This document shows, piece by piece, positions 13,621 to 24,607 of a stretch of 64,000 nucleotides of DNA (position 1 is its first letter; the number at the start of each line of letters is the position of its first letter). The notes beneath the pieces are model-generated. The model had not been told where the DNA came from, did no database searches, and worked only from the letters and a program-made list of their open reading frames with translations. A program made the position numbers and the translations under genes. Source of the stretch: Callorhinchus milii (Eukaryota); NCBI RefSeq assembly GCF_018977255.1, contig NW_024704754.1, positions 13,950,001-14,014,000 on the forward strand. Direction: 5' to 3'.

Positions 13621-14574
13621 TGGCTTTTAATAGTTTGCCACAAAAGGACCAGCTGACAGATTGCCTCAACATTTGCTTGTTTTTGAATTGCTGGATGTGT
13701 AAGTGTTATTTGTCTTTTATAAACAACGATTTCTCCTCTCTTTTCTTTGTACAGTTTCATCTGTCAGCAAATAATTAAACAGAGCTTCCACATCACTGGT
13801 GAGGCGAGTGGCTCACAACACAACAGGCAGAGTGGGATGAAAGTTATCACTGTCAGAAACACAAGTGGGATAAAACGCGCAAGGCATTCAGAAACTGAAG
13901 TGCTTTGCTTGCTTAAAGGAGCACGATACTGTACGTTTTATTGCTGAATTTAAATATCCTTTTGCTTTCTCTTCAACAGATTTTGTAGGGGGGGAAATAA
14001 AGAACGATGATTTCGATTACTTTTGTTGATTGCTCTTTAATATAGTTAAAGCCGCCATCTGTCAGCTGGTAGGATTGGACAATGTCCTGCCAGTGGATTT
14101 TGCCCAGTGCCATGCACTGCCCGGGTGTTGAGGTCAGACAGCAGGGCGGCTGGAATGTGCAGCTGCCGCAACCTACATGCCCTGGCATTGCTCCAGCACA
14201 GCAGGCGTAGCACAGGCCAACAGCGTAGACCAGAAGATGTGTCATTTTAAGAGGGTTTTCAATTCCGCAGGAGAGAAAGCAAGGCAAAGAAGTTTTGGTC
14301 AGAGCTCCAGAGGACAGGGGTGAACCTTCGGTTGATGAGTATTGATGTTAACAAACACACGTTTTTCAAATACAGAGAGAAAGGAACTGAAATGAGGTGA
14401 ATGAGGAAACAGCTTGGCCAGATACACAAAAATGGGATGGGGGTGAACAGCAATGGAGGGAGGTAAAAGTTTATGAGTATTATAAACAAAACAGCTCTCA
14501 AACTACCGTCTCCTCTCCAACCTCCTTTTCCTCTCCAAGGTCCTGGAATGATTTTTGGACCAGCTGACAGATTG

Positions 14575-16170
14575 CCAGATTGCTTCGCTCCTTCCTCTTC
14601 TGCCACTTCCTTCATGAACCCCTCCAATCAGGTTTCCGGCCCGAAACCCTCATACACACATTCATTACATTGAGGCTTGACAATGCAAACTTATTGCTTG
14701 TCGGCCTCCCCAACTCTTCACTCCATAGGCTGCAGATCATCCAGAACTCTCAGCCCGTGTCCTCTCCACACCAGACTCTGTGACCCTATCACCCCCATCC
14801 TTACCCGACTCCACTGGCTTCCCATCACACAGAGGATACATTCAAGATCCTGGTCCTCACCTTCAAAACTCTCCAAGATCTTGCTCCCCCTAACTCTGCG
14901 AGCTCCTAACCCCCTACTATTCTACCCCCGCAGGTTCTGGCGGGCTCCAGCCTGCTTCGCATCGCCCACCTCACCAGGCCCACAATTGGTGGACAGGCCT
15001 TCTGCCACTTTGACCCCAGAGCACAGAAACAGCCCTGGTCAAAGTAACAAATGACATTCTGTCCATCTGCAACCAGGAATCCCTCTGCCTCCTCGTCCTC
15101 CTTGACCTCTCTGCTGCCTTCGATACTGTTGACTGCTCTATCTTCATCCACCGCCTCTCCTCTCAACCTTCATAGCTCTGCCTTTGACTGGTTCAGATCA
15201 TACCTCTCACACCACCTCCACTTCAGCTCCACAAGCGGTTTCTCCTCTGGGCCCCGCACCGTCTCGTATGGCATTCCTCAGGGCTCTGTCCTTGGTCCCC
15301 TCCTCTTTAATAACTATATGCTCCCTCTTGGTGACATCATCCGCAGACATGGGGTCAACTTCCACATGTATGCGAATGATACCCAACTGTACCTCTCTAC
15401 CTCCACCCTTGACTCCAGGACCACTGGTGTTTTGACAGAATATCTGTCAGACAAAAGTCCTGGTGAGAACCCTTCTGATTGGCTTCTGTCAGCGCTTCCA
15501 TACCTCAGGCACTGACAGCATCACCATCCGTGGATGCACACTCAAACTTATTAAGCAAGTCCGGAACCTTGGCATCTTGTTTGACCCTCAACTATCCTTT
15601 CTACCCCACATCTGTGCCATGATCTGCTCTGACTTACCCCACGTCCACAACATCATCCGGCTCCAACACTGTCTCACACCGCAGGTCGCCGAAACCCTCA
15701 TACACACATTCATTACATCGAGGCTTGACAATGCAAACTCCTTGCTTGTCGGCCTCCGCAAATCGTCCCTCCACAGGCTGCAGATCATCCAGAACTCTGC
15801 AGCCCGTGTCCTCTCCCCACCAGACTCTGTGACCCTGTCACCCCCATCCTTACCCGACTCCACTGGCTTCCCATCACACAGAGGATACATTCAAGATCCT
15901 GATCCTCACCTTTAAAGCCCTCCAGGGTCTTGCTCCCCCCTATCTCTGAGAGCTCTTAACCCCCTACTGTTCTGCCCCAGCCCCCCGCTGAGCGGGCTCC
16001 TGCCTGCTTCACATCGCCCACCTCACCAGGCCCACAATTGGTGGACAGGCCTTCTGCCACTCTGCCCCCACCATCTGGAACTCCATCCCGGTGTCCCTCT
16101 GCCTCACCCGCTCCCTCGCCTCCTTCAAGACCCATCTCAAGACCCTCCTCTTCGACTGTGATCACACTGC
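14575..16170 (+). mobile_element. L2 ORF2 fragment with an internal ectopic duplication
   Basis: [41 protein letters not shown] is the L2 RT core. Segment 14641-15012 duplicates 15686-16050. Confidence 0.88.
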
Positions 16171-19089
16171 TTTTTAAAAGAGCAATACTTTTCAGTCCCT
16201 ACCTTTTACCCATACCCTTGTAGTTTGATAGAATCATAGAAATTTACAGCACAGAAGAACTGATCAGAAAAATCTAATGTTATTCTGTAAAACCATTCTA
16301 TCCTACAATTTAAGACTGCATAATTTTAAGAGAAAAATGGTTTTCAGGCTAAGATTAAGTGAAATTTTAGTCTATATTAATGACTCTGATGCAAAAATCT
16401 CTATACCCCTCAGCCCATTTCTTCGCCAAATAACTGTCTTAATTCCTTCTTGAATTTGTTGACACAATCTAATTCCACCCCATTCTACATGTTCACCGTA
16501 ATTAAATCATAATTCTCTTTTCACCTGCACTCTTCTCACTTGGGAATCAGCACCTTAGGATGTCCTCCCAACGTGAAAGGTGCTATACAATTGTAATTTG
16601 TTGTTGTTGTGTCAATGATATATGGACTTAATGCATGTCAACAATAATAAGTCAAACAATATCCAGCTTCTGTAAGGCAGAGTTTACACCGTCATAAAGC
16701 CCACAACTTGTGTGGGAATCAACATTTTTTTTAAAAAATGCATTGCAAAAGGTCAGGCTTCTCTAAACTGGAAATTTACATCCCACACAAATATACTGTT
16801 TTATTGTAATTTGGCACCAACGAAAAGGACATAACACTTCACGTTTTCATATCAGCTAAAAAGTAATTGAAATTGCACCTTAAAAGGAAATGGGCCTATT
16901 GATTATTTAGGATATCACTGACAACCACTCAATGTAGATTTCTTTAATTGCAGTTTTGCTGCTGGAGGGTGTGCTGTTTGTGCTGAACAATAATGAAATG
17001 GAGTGGAATAATCAGTAAGGAGGGACTGACAACAGAGTCTGTATTGAGCCTCACTTTTCCAAGACCAGATAGGGGCTGACTTGCTCTCAGTCCTATCAGG
17101 GTTTGACTCCTTGGCAGGAGGGCTTGTGGAATGAGGAGTACAAACAGCTGATTGAAATCGATCATTCGCTCATGTTCACTCGCTATTGTGTGGTATTGTT
17201 CCATCTCTCAAGCTCTTGTTGTGTCTTCAGGCGACCCAGTGGGTAATGCTGACTGAGCACTGTGCCATGCGCAGCTCAGGTTTGTGATTGACTCCCTGCA
17301 ATACCTTCAGTCTACACAGACGGATTGGACTCTCTCTAAAACCCTCCTGTGCAGGTTGGACATTTCTTCTTAGTGCCTGTGGTGCCTTTTGCGTTGTGTA
17401 ACTTAATATATTATCTTAACTTTGAATAAATAATGAGCTTGAAATAAGACTGTACAACATGATATGCTTCTAAAAAAAAGTTGAAGTTGTAAAGGATGTG
17501 TTTAAAATTGGAGTTTTGAGAGGGTAAATAGACAAATTATTTCCAGACCTTAAACTGAGGATTATCACCAAAAGAAAAGAAAGTTAGAAGCATATTTTTG
17601 CACATAGAATGTGGAATGTCTCAGAATGTGGAGTTCCTTATCACAGGTGGCTATAGAAGTTGAGTTCCTAGAAGAATTTAAAGGGGATTAATAATAATAA
17701 TGATGCATTTTCATAAAGCACTTCAGAGGATATCCTTTTTTCGTATTTTGTTGGCAAATGGATTGGATAAATACATTTAGATAATTCAAATTAAGAGACT
17801 GTAGGGAAAAAGCAGGGGAATGGGATACAGTAGAGAAGCACAAACATGATGGACTGAATGATCTCCTGTGGTGTCATAAATAGATCTACAAGTGTTGAAC
17901 TGTAGGCATCAGTTTGAGCATTATGGCCACTAAAAGGTTAATGCAACCAGTCATTAAATGTTAATTGAGAATCCCTTGACTTGTTAATTAGTTTGAAATG
18001 GGGGGGGGAAATCTTTATGGATTTATTGAACAAATATTCTGCAACAATAAATAAATTGACTATGATTCCATTAAGTTGCAGACTGGAAAGAATAAGTCCT
18101 GTCTTTCAGCTCAGTGTTACTAAATGTCAACTGTCCGCGCAGTCTTACGATATCAAAGTCTTAATCAAATTGACATTTTCACGTTCTTGTGCTCACTGAT
18201 TTATGAATTGCTTCAATTCTTTGACCTTTGGAGATGTATTGAGTCGTTCATTAGTCATACATGAGTGTGTGCCTGTGAGGCTGTTTCTCTGTGCGTTGCA
18301 TTGTTTCTATTTTATTTTAATGCCCTTTCTTGGCGCTCCAAGCCCCCTGCACTAGTTTAACAAGAGTGAAGATCTTACTGTGCCAGCAGCTCTGCTTCTT
18401 TAGCTTAGTGTGAAGGAGCCCTGCTCTGGCAGAGGAATTAGAGCACAAAGAAGGTACGGAGTAACTGAACTGTCTGATTTATAATGAAAATGAAGCGCAG
18501 TGTTTTGTGTAAAGTGAGAATTAGCAATTCTGTTTAGGGTAATAGCAGAGTAATAATTAAAAGTAATATTGGGTCTAGCGGATTTCTGATTTTTGATTCT
18601 ATGACATATTTGTACTAACCAATATGTGAATATCTTTTGCTTCAACATCTGTGTTTGTGTGGTTAAGCCCGGCATTCGTTTCTAACTCATTAATGCACTA
18701 GCTGGTGTGAAACTGAGCCACACAGACCAGTTTCAACTCCTGTTTAATGCTGATCTCACTGATGACATTGCTCCAGGACTCTACCCCACGTGAAGGGTTC
18801 TATATCAATGCAAGTTGATGTTGTTGTTGAGGAAGGTGAGGGTGATGGTAAAGGAATATTGGAATCGAGCCAGCCTCCGTGGCGGTCTTGGTAGTCCGAT
18901 TCCTGAGCCAGGACGATCTGCAATATTCCATGGCACTGCTGACGACAGCACAGTGCTGGCTCATCGGCAGAACCCGGAAGGGCAGACCAGGGAGTCATCC
19001 CACTCAGCTCCTGTTAACCCTACTAGCCAAAGCCCTAATGGGTAAGGTGGTCCTAGCTGGATAAGCAGCGGCAAAACTTACCGGACAGC

Positions 19090-19410
19090 AATATCAATGG
19101 CAAGCTATGTGGTTTTAGCTGGTTAGACTCCAGCAGTTACCCCAACACAAACTCTAGGGTACCCAAGCCTTGACTCTTGCCAACCTGCGCCTAATACTTT
19201 CTGGAATTAGGTAACCAGTATGTGTCTCTCCAGGGAGATGGTACATATTCCATTCCAACAATCTACCTCTGGGATTTCATGTGTAGATGGGATGCATGGA
19301 AATCTCAGCTTGGTTTGGATACTCTTCAGTACGGTGATGTGTTTCCGCATGTATCAGACACCTGGCTGAGCAAAAAAAAAGTGATGGACAGGACACAATT
19401 GGTGTCCCTA
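19090..19410 (+). repeat. Unclassified low-copy repeat; inverted copy at about 63030-63340
   Basis: Shared blocks caatg.caagctatgt, ccaagccttg.ctcttg.caac, actttctggaattaggtaa and gatgggatgcatgga.atctcag.ttggttt.gatac. Confidence 0.75.
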
Positions 19411-19639
19411 AAGTTGAGAGGTGTGGGGAGGGGTGGGGAAAAGCGGGAAATCAGCCAGTGACCTTAGACCTGAGGAGGAAAGGGGAATCCCTTGTGGAAA
19501 TTGTGTGCGTAAACACTGGACAAGGACAGAATCAAAGCTCGGCTGTGAGCCGCCTTCAACAGTCACATCCAAACAGTCTGCCATCGCTCACAATGTTGTC
19601 ACACACATGAAGAGCAGACACAACAATAACAAACAAATT

Positions 19640-19900
19640 GCATTGATAATAATAATGAATAACAATCCTTGCATTTGATATAGCGCTTTTCACGTCTTCT
19701 AGACATCTCAAAGCGCTTCACAGAATATACTGTAAAGTGAATTGATTGTATATTTTGTGGTCAAAACACAGCAGGCAATTGCACACAGCAGTGTCCCACA
19801 AACAGTCGTGGATTGAGTGACCAAATTATTATTTAATTTTTTCTTGAGGGTTTATTATCCGGCATGTGAAGTAGGGAAACTTACCCAAGGTTTCGCTCTG
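19640..19900 (-). mobile_element. Headless SINE, back-to-back with the 19963 copy
   Basis: Tail and core on the minus strand. Confidence 0.75.
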
Positions 19901-19962
19901 CTATGTATTGTTATTCATTTTATCTTATTTCTGGTCCATTTACGAGAATCTTCAGCAGATTT

Positions 19963-20290
19963 GTGGAGTCCTGTAGCTCAGTGGTTAGAGCACTCGCTTT
20001 GCAAGTGAGAGACTTGAGTTGAATTCCAGGCAGAGGGCGAAACCTTGGGCAAGTTTCCTTACTCCACACAGAGCCTAATAATAATCCCTCCAAAACCAAA
20101 ACCAATAATAAATTGGTCATTTTCAATCTACGACTGTTTGTGGGACATTGCTGTGCGCAATTGGCTGCCGCGTTCGCCCACAAATATACAGTCAATTCAC
20201 TTTACAGTGTGTTCTGTGAAGCGCTTTGGGACGTCCTCCCGACGTGAAAAGCGCTATATCAAATGCAAGGATTATTATTATTATTATTAT
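19963..20290 (+). mobile_element. Full-length tRNA-Ala(TGC)-headed SINE with Deu-like core and L2-type tail (young subfamily)
   Basis: A-box TAGCTCAGTGG, anticodon arm CTCGC-TTTGCAA-GTGAG, B-box GTTGAATTCC, core gactgtttgtgggacattgctgtgcgcaattggctg, stem-loop tail and (TTA)n. Confidence 0.88.
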
Positions 20291-21111
20291 AGATAGATAG
20301 ATAGATCATACTGGGCAGGTGAAATAGGCTGAAAGTTGTCACTTTGATACAATTCTGTTTACTATAAACCTCTCCATTGTAGTAAGTAATGCTCCTTTTA
20401 CATTGGGAGGATATCCCAAGGAAGATATATAACTGGGTATGTGGGGGCGGAGGCTGCTGACTGTAGAACTATTCTCCCCAGCATGAGTCAGTGTTACAGG
20501 AACGAAACACATTTTGGTCCTGAGAAGCATCCTTCTCTACTGTATTATCATTACAGCATCAAGTAGTTTCTTAAATGAGTCTCCACCAACTGTTGAATCG
20601 TTTCAGCTCTGGATTATAATCTGTGTAAAGAAATATTTCCAGTGTGAGTCCTCTTCTCTGCCCTGCCCTGCACTCTGCTTCTTATCACACTGTCTTGGTG
20701 TATCTCAAAGTATTGTTCAGGGCTAATTGCTCAATCGCATTTATATACGATACAATCATAAGTTCCACTCTGAGAAGATGACAACCTGATAAACACTCCA
20801 TACTAGACTGACAATCACAGATTCTGATTTAAAAATTTAACTTACTGTCCTTTGATTCCCATCTTTTTAAAATGAAGCACAGTTCCTTATAGATAAATCA
20901 GCTCTGATAGCTGTTGCAAACATGTTTTGCTGCATTGAAGATGAATGCTCGGAAGATCTGTTAAGATTTGTTGAATGCATTTACATGATGTCAATTCCTA
21001 GTGTCAATTCATAGTGTCTTAAAAATAAAATAAGAAAGTTAAGATTATCTATCTATTGTAATCTATATAGACTAATTGAATATGTGTGCTGTGCAACTCG
21101 CAAAGGCATTA

Positions 21112-21348
21112 CTGAGCTGAGTTAATGTGCGAGAAGACAATGAATGGCCAGTGTCTCAGTCCACAGATGTAGGAGTTTACAGAGCAGTTCCTGCTGAACA
21201 AATGCAGCCCAGTTTCAATACTGTGTGTGTATGTGTGTGTGTGTGTGCGGACAGTGGTTCGTTGTCGATGGCTCATTGTGCAGGTATCAATGTGTCTGAT
21301 TGTTCTCTGCTCCTCTCTCCACGTTCTCTCCAGGCTGTGATCCACACA
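21112..21348 (+). promoter_or_regulatory. Putative proximal promoter/5'UTR of gene 1
   Basis: Directly upstream of the ATG exon and shared nearly base for base with 61790-62024. Contains an Ets-like CAGTTCCTG, an E-box CAGATG and a (TG)n tract. Function is inferred. Confidence 0.4.
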
Positions 21349-21400
21349 ATGAGTGCCTCTCACTGCATGCTGGCACTGCTGCTCGCGTGTCTCATCCAGG
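21349..21400 (+). CDS. Siglec-like gene 1, signal-peptide exon (MSASHCMLALLLACLIQ-G)
   Basis: ATG at 21349 with A at -3, hydrophobic leader, and phase-1 donor G|gtaagg at 21400/21401. It joins in frame to the V-set exon. A strong acceptor (...ttctctccag, 21333) lies just upstream. Confidence 0.8.
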
Positions 21401-21627
21401 GTAAGGCTGTTTCACCCTTTAACACTATTATCTCTCGGCTTTAACTCAGGCATCTGATGTTTTTTAAGCATTGACTGAGTGTACGGATGTGTTCTATGGT
21501 TCACTGAAGTTGTTAATTACCTGGCAATTGACTAGAATTTTAGATACAGCTCCTCCGATGGCTCAGTAGGTTTATTCAGTGAGGATCTGAATTCTATAAA
21601 CAGAGAAGGTCATGGTTCCCTGGTCAG

Positions 21628-21945
21628 TCAGGGCGTTTTGGACCTGAGCTGGGAGTTGGGGTCAGGAGGGGTGGAGTAGTGGAGGGGCAGGGTGTGGGGT
21701 GGTGGGAGTGGGAGGGTGGCCAAAGGCACAGTTGAAGAGGAAGGTCTTTAGATGGGACTTGAAGGAAGCAAGAGAGGGAGTGAGGAGGAGGGATTACAGG
21801 ATAGAGTTCCAGAATGTGGGGGCAGAGATGCTGAATGCTCGACCACCATTGATGGGCCTGGAAGCACGTGGGACCTGAAGCAGGCCGGAGTCTGCCGAGC
21901 GGAGGGAGCGGACAGGCTGATGTGGGGTTAGGAGTTTGGAGAATC
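21628..21945 (-). mobile_element. L2 3' fragment in intron 1
   Basis: Reverse complement matches the L2 3' region of 4599-5258. Confidence 0.7.
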
Positions 21946-23750
21946 ACACATGAAGATTAGCCACTTCAGCTTGATTTCTTGATAATTACATTTTCAGGAG
22001 AGAAAATATACATATTATACTGACATGTACATTAGTTTAATTTATTTTATCTTTAATAGGAAATAATTCACTTTTACGAGAATATTTTAGAATGTAAGTG
22101 GCTTTTATACCGTAAATGTTCTAAGTTTTGTTTCAATCTCATTGCCAATTCTCTGATGCTCTCAAACAGAGCTACAACTGCGAAGACTGTTTCAGGGCAA
22201 CCTTGTTACCACGTTATAAGTGCAGCACCAAAAATGCTGATTTGGGTTGTCAGGTCACCACTGAATATCACTTCCTGCAGCTGCGTGTTCATGGTATGTG
22301 TAAGAAGCATTCCTGCTGCCACTTCCTTTGTGTATTCATACATGCACAGAATTCAGGAAGTGATGTTAGTGGCATATTTCCTGTACATTCTGGCATATAG
22401 ATAGTGACCTGAAGTTGTACATTTTTAGTGCAGGAAGCATCACAGTCAGCTTGGAAGCCTAAAGTTTCTGCTCACTATAAGGCCATAGGACATCAATGCT
22501 ATAAGTGACGGCAACGCTATATCCAGGGTATTAGGACTTGGCGGCAATGTATTTTGATGAGCTTCTTATCTAAATGAAGCATCAGTTCAAATAAGGAAAA
22601 AAAAACTAAGTGCATACAACTGAATATTGTTAACTGACTCTGAAAAGACTGGGCATGATTGTAGCTGTGCAGCATGTTCTCTAGGACCTCCCTACCCAAA
22701 AGAGCTTTGATTTGCAGACTTCAGCTTGTAGTCTAGGCTGACATTCCAGTGCAGTATTATTGAGTAATGTTAGAGTTGTTTTTCCTTCAGATGTGATGTT
22801 ATTGAGCTCCCATCTGTCTGCTCATGTTAAAGATCCTCTGACAGTGTTTGAAAAGAAATTGGAGCAGGTGCTGGTGTCCTCGTCAACAATCCTCCAGCTC
22901 AATCGATTATTCACCTCATTGTTGTTGCGGCTCGGCATTGGGCTCTGCCACTGTTAAGCGCTCTGAGATGCCGTCCCTATAAAGGGCGCTTTATAACTGC
23001 AAGTTGTTGTTGTGCAACCCCTGTTTGTGCTCAAAACTGCTGCTGTATTTCTCCACAGAATTTCTCACCACACTTGACAATAATTACTTTGAGTCTTTTG
23101 ACATGTAAGGTATTATAAACATGTAAGTTATTTTTATCTTTCTATGGATATCTTTCCAACCGTGTTTGGATTATTTTAGAGCTGCCTGGCTTTGTCCAGA
23201 TCATAAGACCTTGTTGCATTTTTACATGTTTAATCCCAGGGAGACTTCCCCCAAAAGGATTTTATCAACTTGAAAACAATGACTGGGACCCAGAACCTTC
23301 AACCAAACGAGCCATTAATGTTCCATCAAATGCAAAAAAGGAATAATAAGAATCCTTGTATTTGCTATAGCACCTATAATTCTGAAACACCTCAAAGTAC
23401 TTCACAGGTAATTGTTGACATGTGTGGTGACTGTGTTCGTAGGTAAATGTGGAAACAAATGTCCCACAAATAAAAATGAAATGATTAAAAACAGAAGTCA
23501 CTGGGAACCCTTAGCAGGTCAGGTAGCATCTACAGAGAGAGGATATTTTGAGCTCATCGTCTCCTGTCCTCCACCTAATTATTTCCTGTGTCTTTCTTTC
23601 CCTGCCCCCTTCTCCGTTTGTCCTTATAAACTGCTCCCTTCCAACATCCCCCAGTTCTGATGAAAGGTCACCGACCTGAAACGTTAACTCACTTTTCTCT
23701 TTCCATAGATGCAATAACAGCCACTGATGTATGTGTCTCTCCTCTTGCAG

Positions 23751-24113
23751 GGTTAGTCTGCCAGTGGTCTGTCTGGGTTGATACTTCTGCGTCTGCTTGG
23801 GAAGGCGAAACTGTGCTTTTGAACTGCTCTTTTGAGTACCCGGAAACAGTCCGAGATACCCAAGCAATAACTGCCAGGTGGCTGAAGAACTCTCCTTTCC
23901 CCAATAACAATCAGGCTGCCGAAATATACAACAGCAGGAATACCAGGAGGCTCTCGCCTGACATAACATTGGTGGGGGATCTGTCTGAGAAGAACTGTTC
24001 CCTTCAGATAACCAACATTAACAAAGTTGACAGTGGGATTTACTACTTCAGGTTTGAAATGGGACAGGGCAACAACTGGTCAGGAGATCATGGCGTCAGA
24101 GTCTCAGTTTACG
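23751..24113 (+). CDS. Siglec-like gene 1, V-set Ig domain exon (sialic-acid binding type)
   Basis: Acceptor cctcttgcag|, donor G|gtaatt, 363 nt, phase 1-1. Translation GLVCQWSVW...VLLNCSFEYP...WLK...GDLSEKNCSLQI...DSGIYYFRFE...NNWS. Cys in strands B and E with YYFR instead of YYC is the established Siglec V-set signature. Arg codon at 24050-24052. Confidence 0.93.
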
Positions 24114-24201
24114 GTAATTGCTTCTCCTTGTCTTTTCTTTTAACTTACTGTTTGTTAACTTATTGACTAAAGGCACCTACCTCCCTTTCCAAATTGTACA
24201 G

Positions 24202-24510
24202 GTCAACCAACGAAGCCAGAGATATCCATCCCGATGGAACTGCTTGAAAGCGATGAGATGAGCACTATAACCTGTTCCACCTCCAACGTTGATCAACGTG
24301 GCAGAGCCCGGCTCAGCTGGGAGGGCATCTCTGAATTGACAGAAGATTTGCCAGTCATTGAAGAGCAATTGTCTGGATCTACCTGGACAGTCATCAGTAA
24401 AGTCATGTTCATCCCATCATACCAGCACCATCAAAAACTTATCAGATGTGCTGTAGACTACATCCCCTTCCCTTATTCAGAAGACACGAATGTCACACTA
24501 CAAGTGAAGT
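24202..24510 (+). CDS. Siglec-like gene 1, Ig domain 2 exon (C2-type)
   Basis: Acceptor ttgtacag| after an 88-nt intron, donor T|gtaagt, 309 nt, phase 1-1. GQPTKPEISIP...ITCST...LSW...IPSYQHHQKLIRCAVDY...VTLQVK resembles domain 2 of the CD22/MAG/sialoadhesin type. Confidence 0.9.
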
Positions 24511-24607
24511 GTAAGTTACTGGCTGAGATTACCTTCAAATAACCCAAATTTGGCATTCACATATTGAGGCATCTTATTGCAGTATAACTGTAATAGAATG
24601 GATAATG

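Noticed and set aside
13973-14287. Minus-strand ORF with a signal-peptide-like start (MTHLLVYAVGLCYACCAGA)
   Set aside because: No recognisable domain and no downstream exon partner on the minus strand. The strong splice signals in this region are on the plus strand.
19965-20040. tRNA-Ala gene (also at 51063, 57536, 35909 and 27800-27876)
   Set aside because: The D, anticodon and T arms are tRNA-like, but the acceptor stem does not pair and each runs directly into a SINE body. These are SINE heads.
21127-21444. 105-aa ORF from the ORF track covering the promoter and leader
   Set aside because: It starts at GTG and reads through (TG)n and intron 1. The 2-nt shorter TG tract in the paralog breaks the frame.
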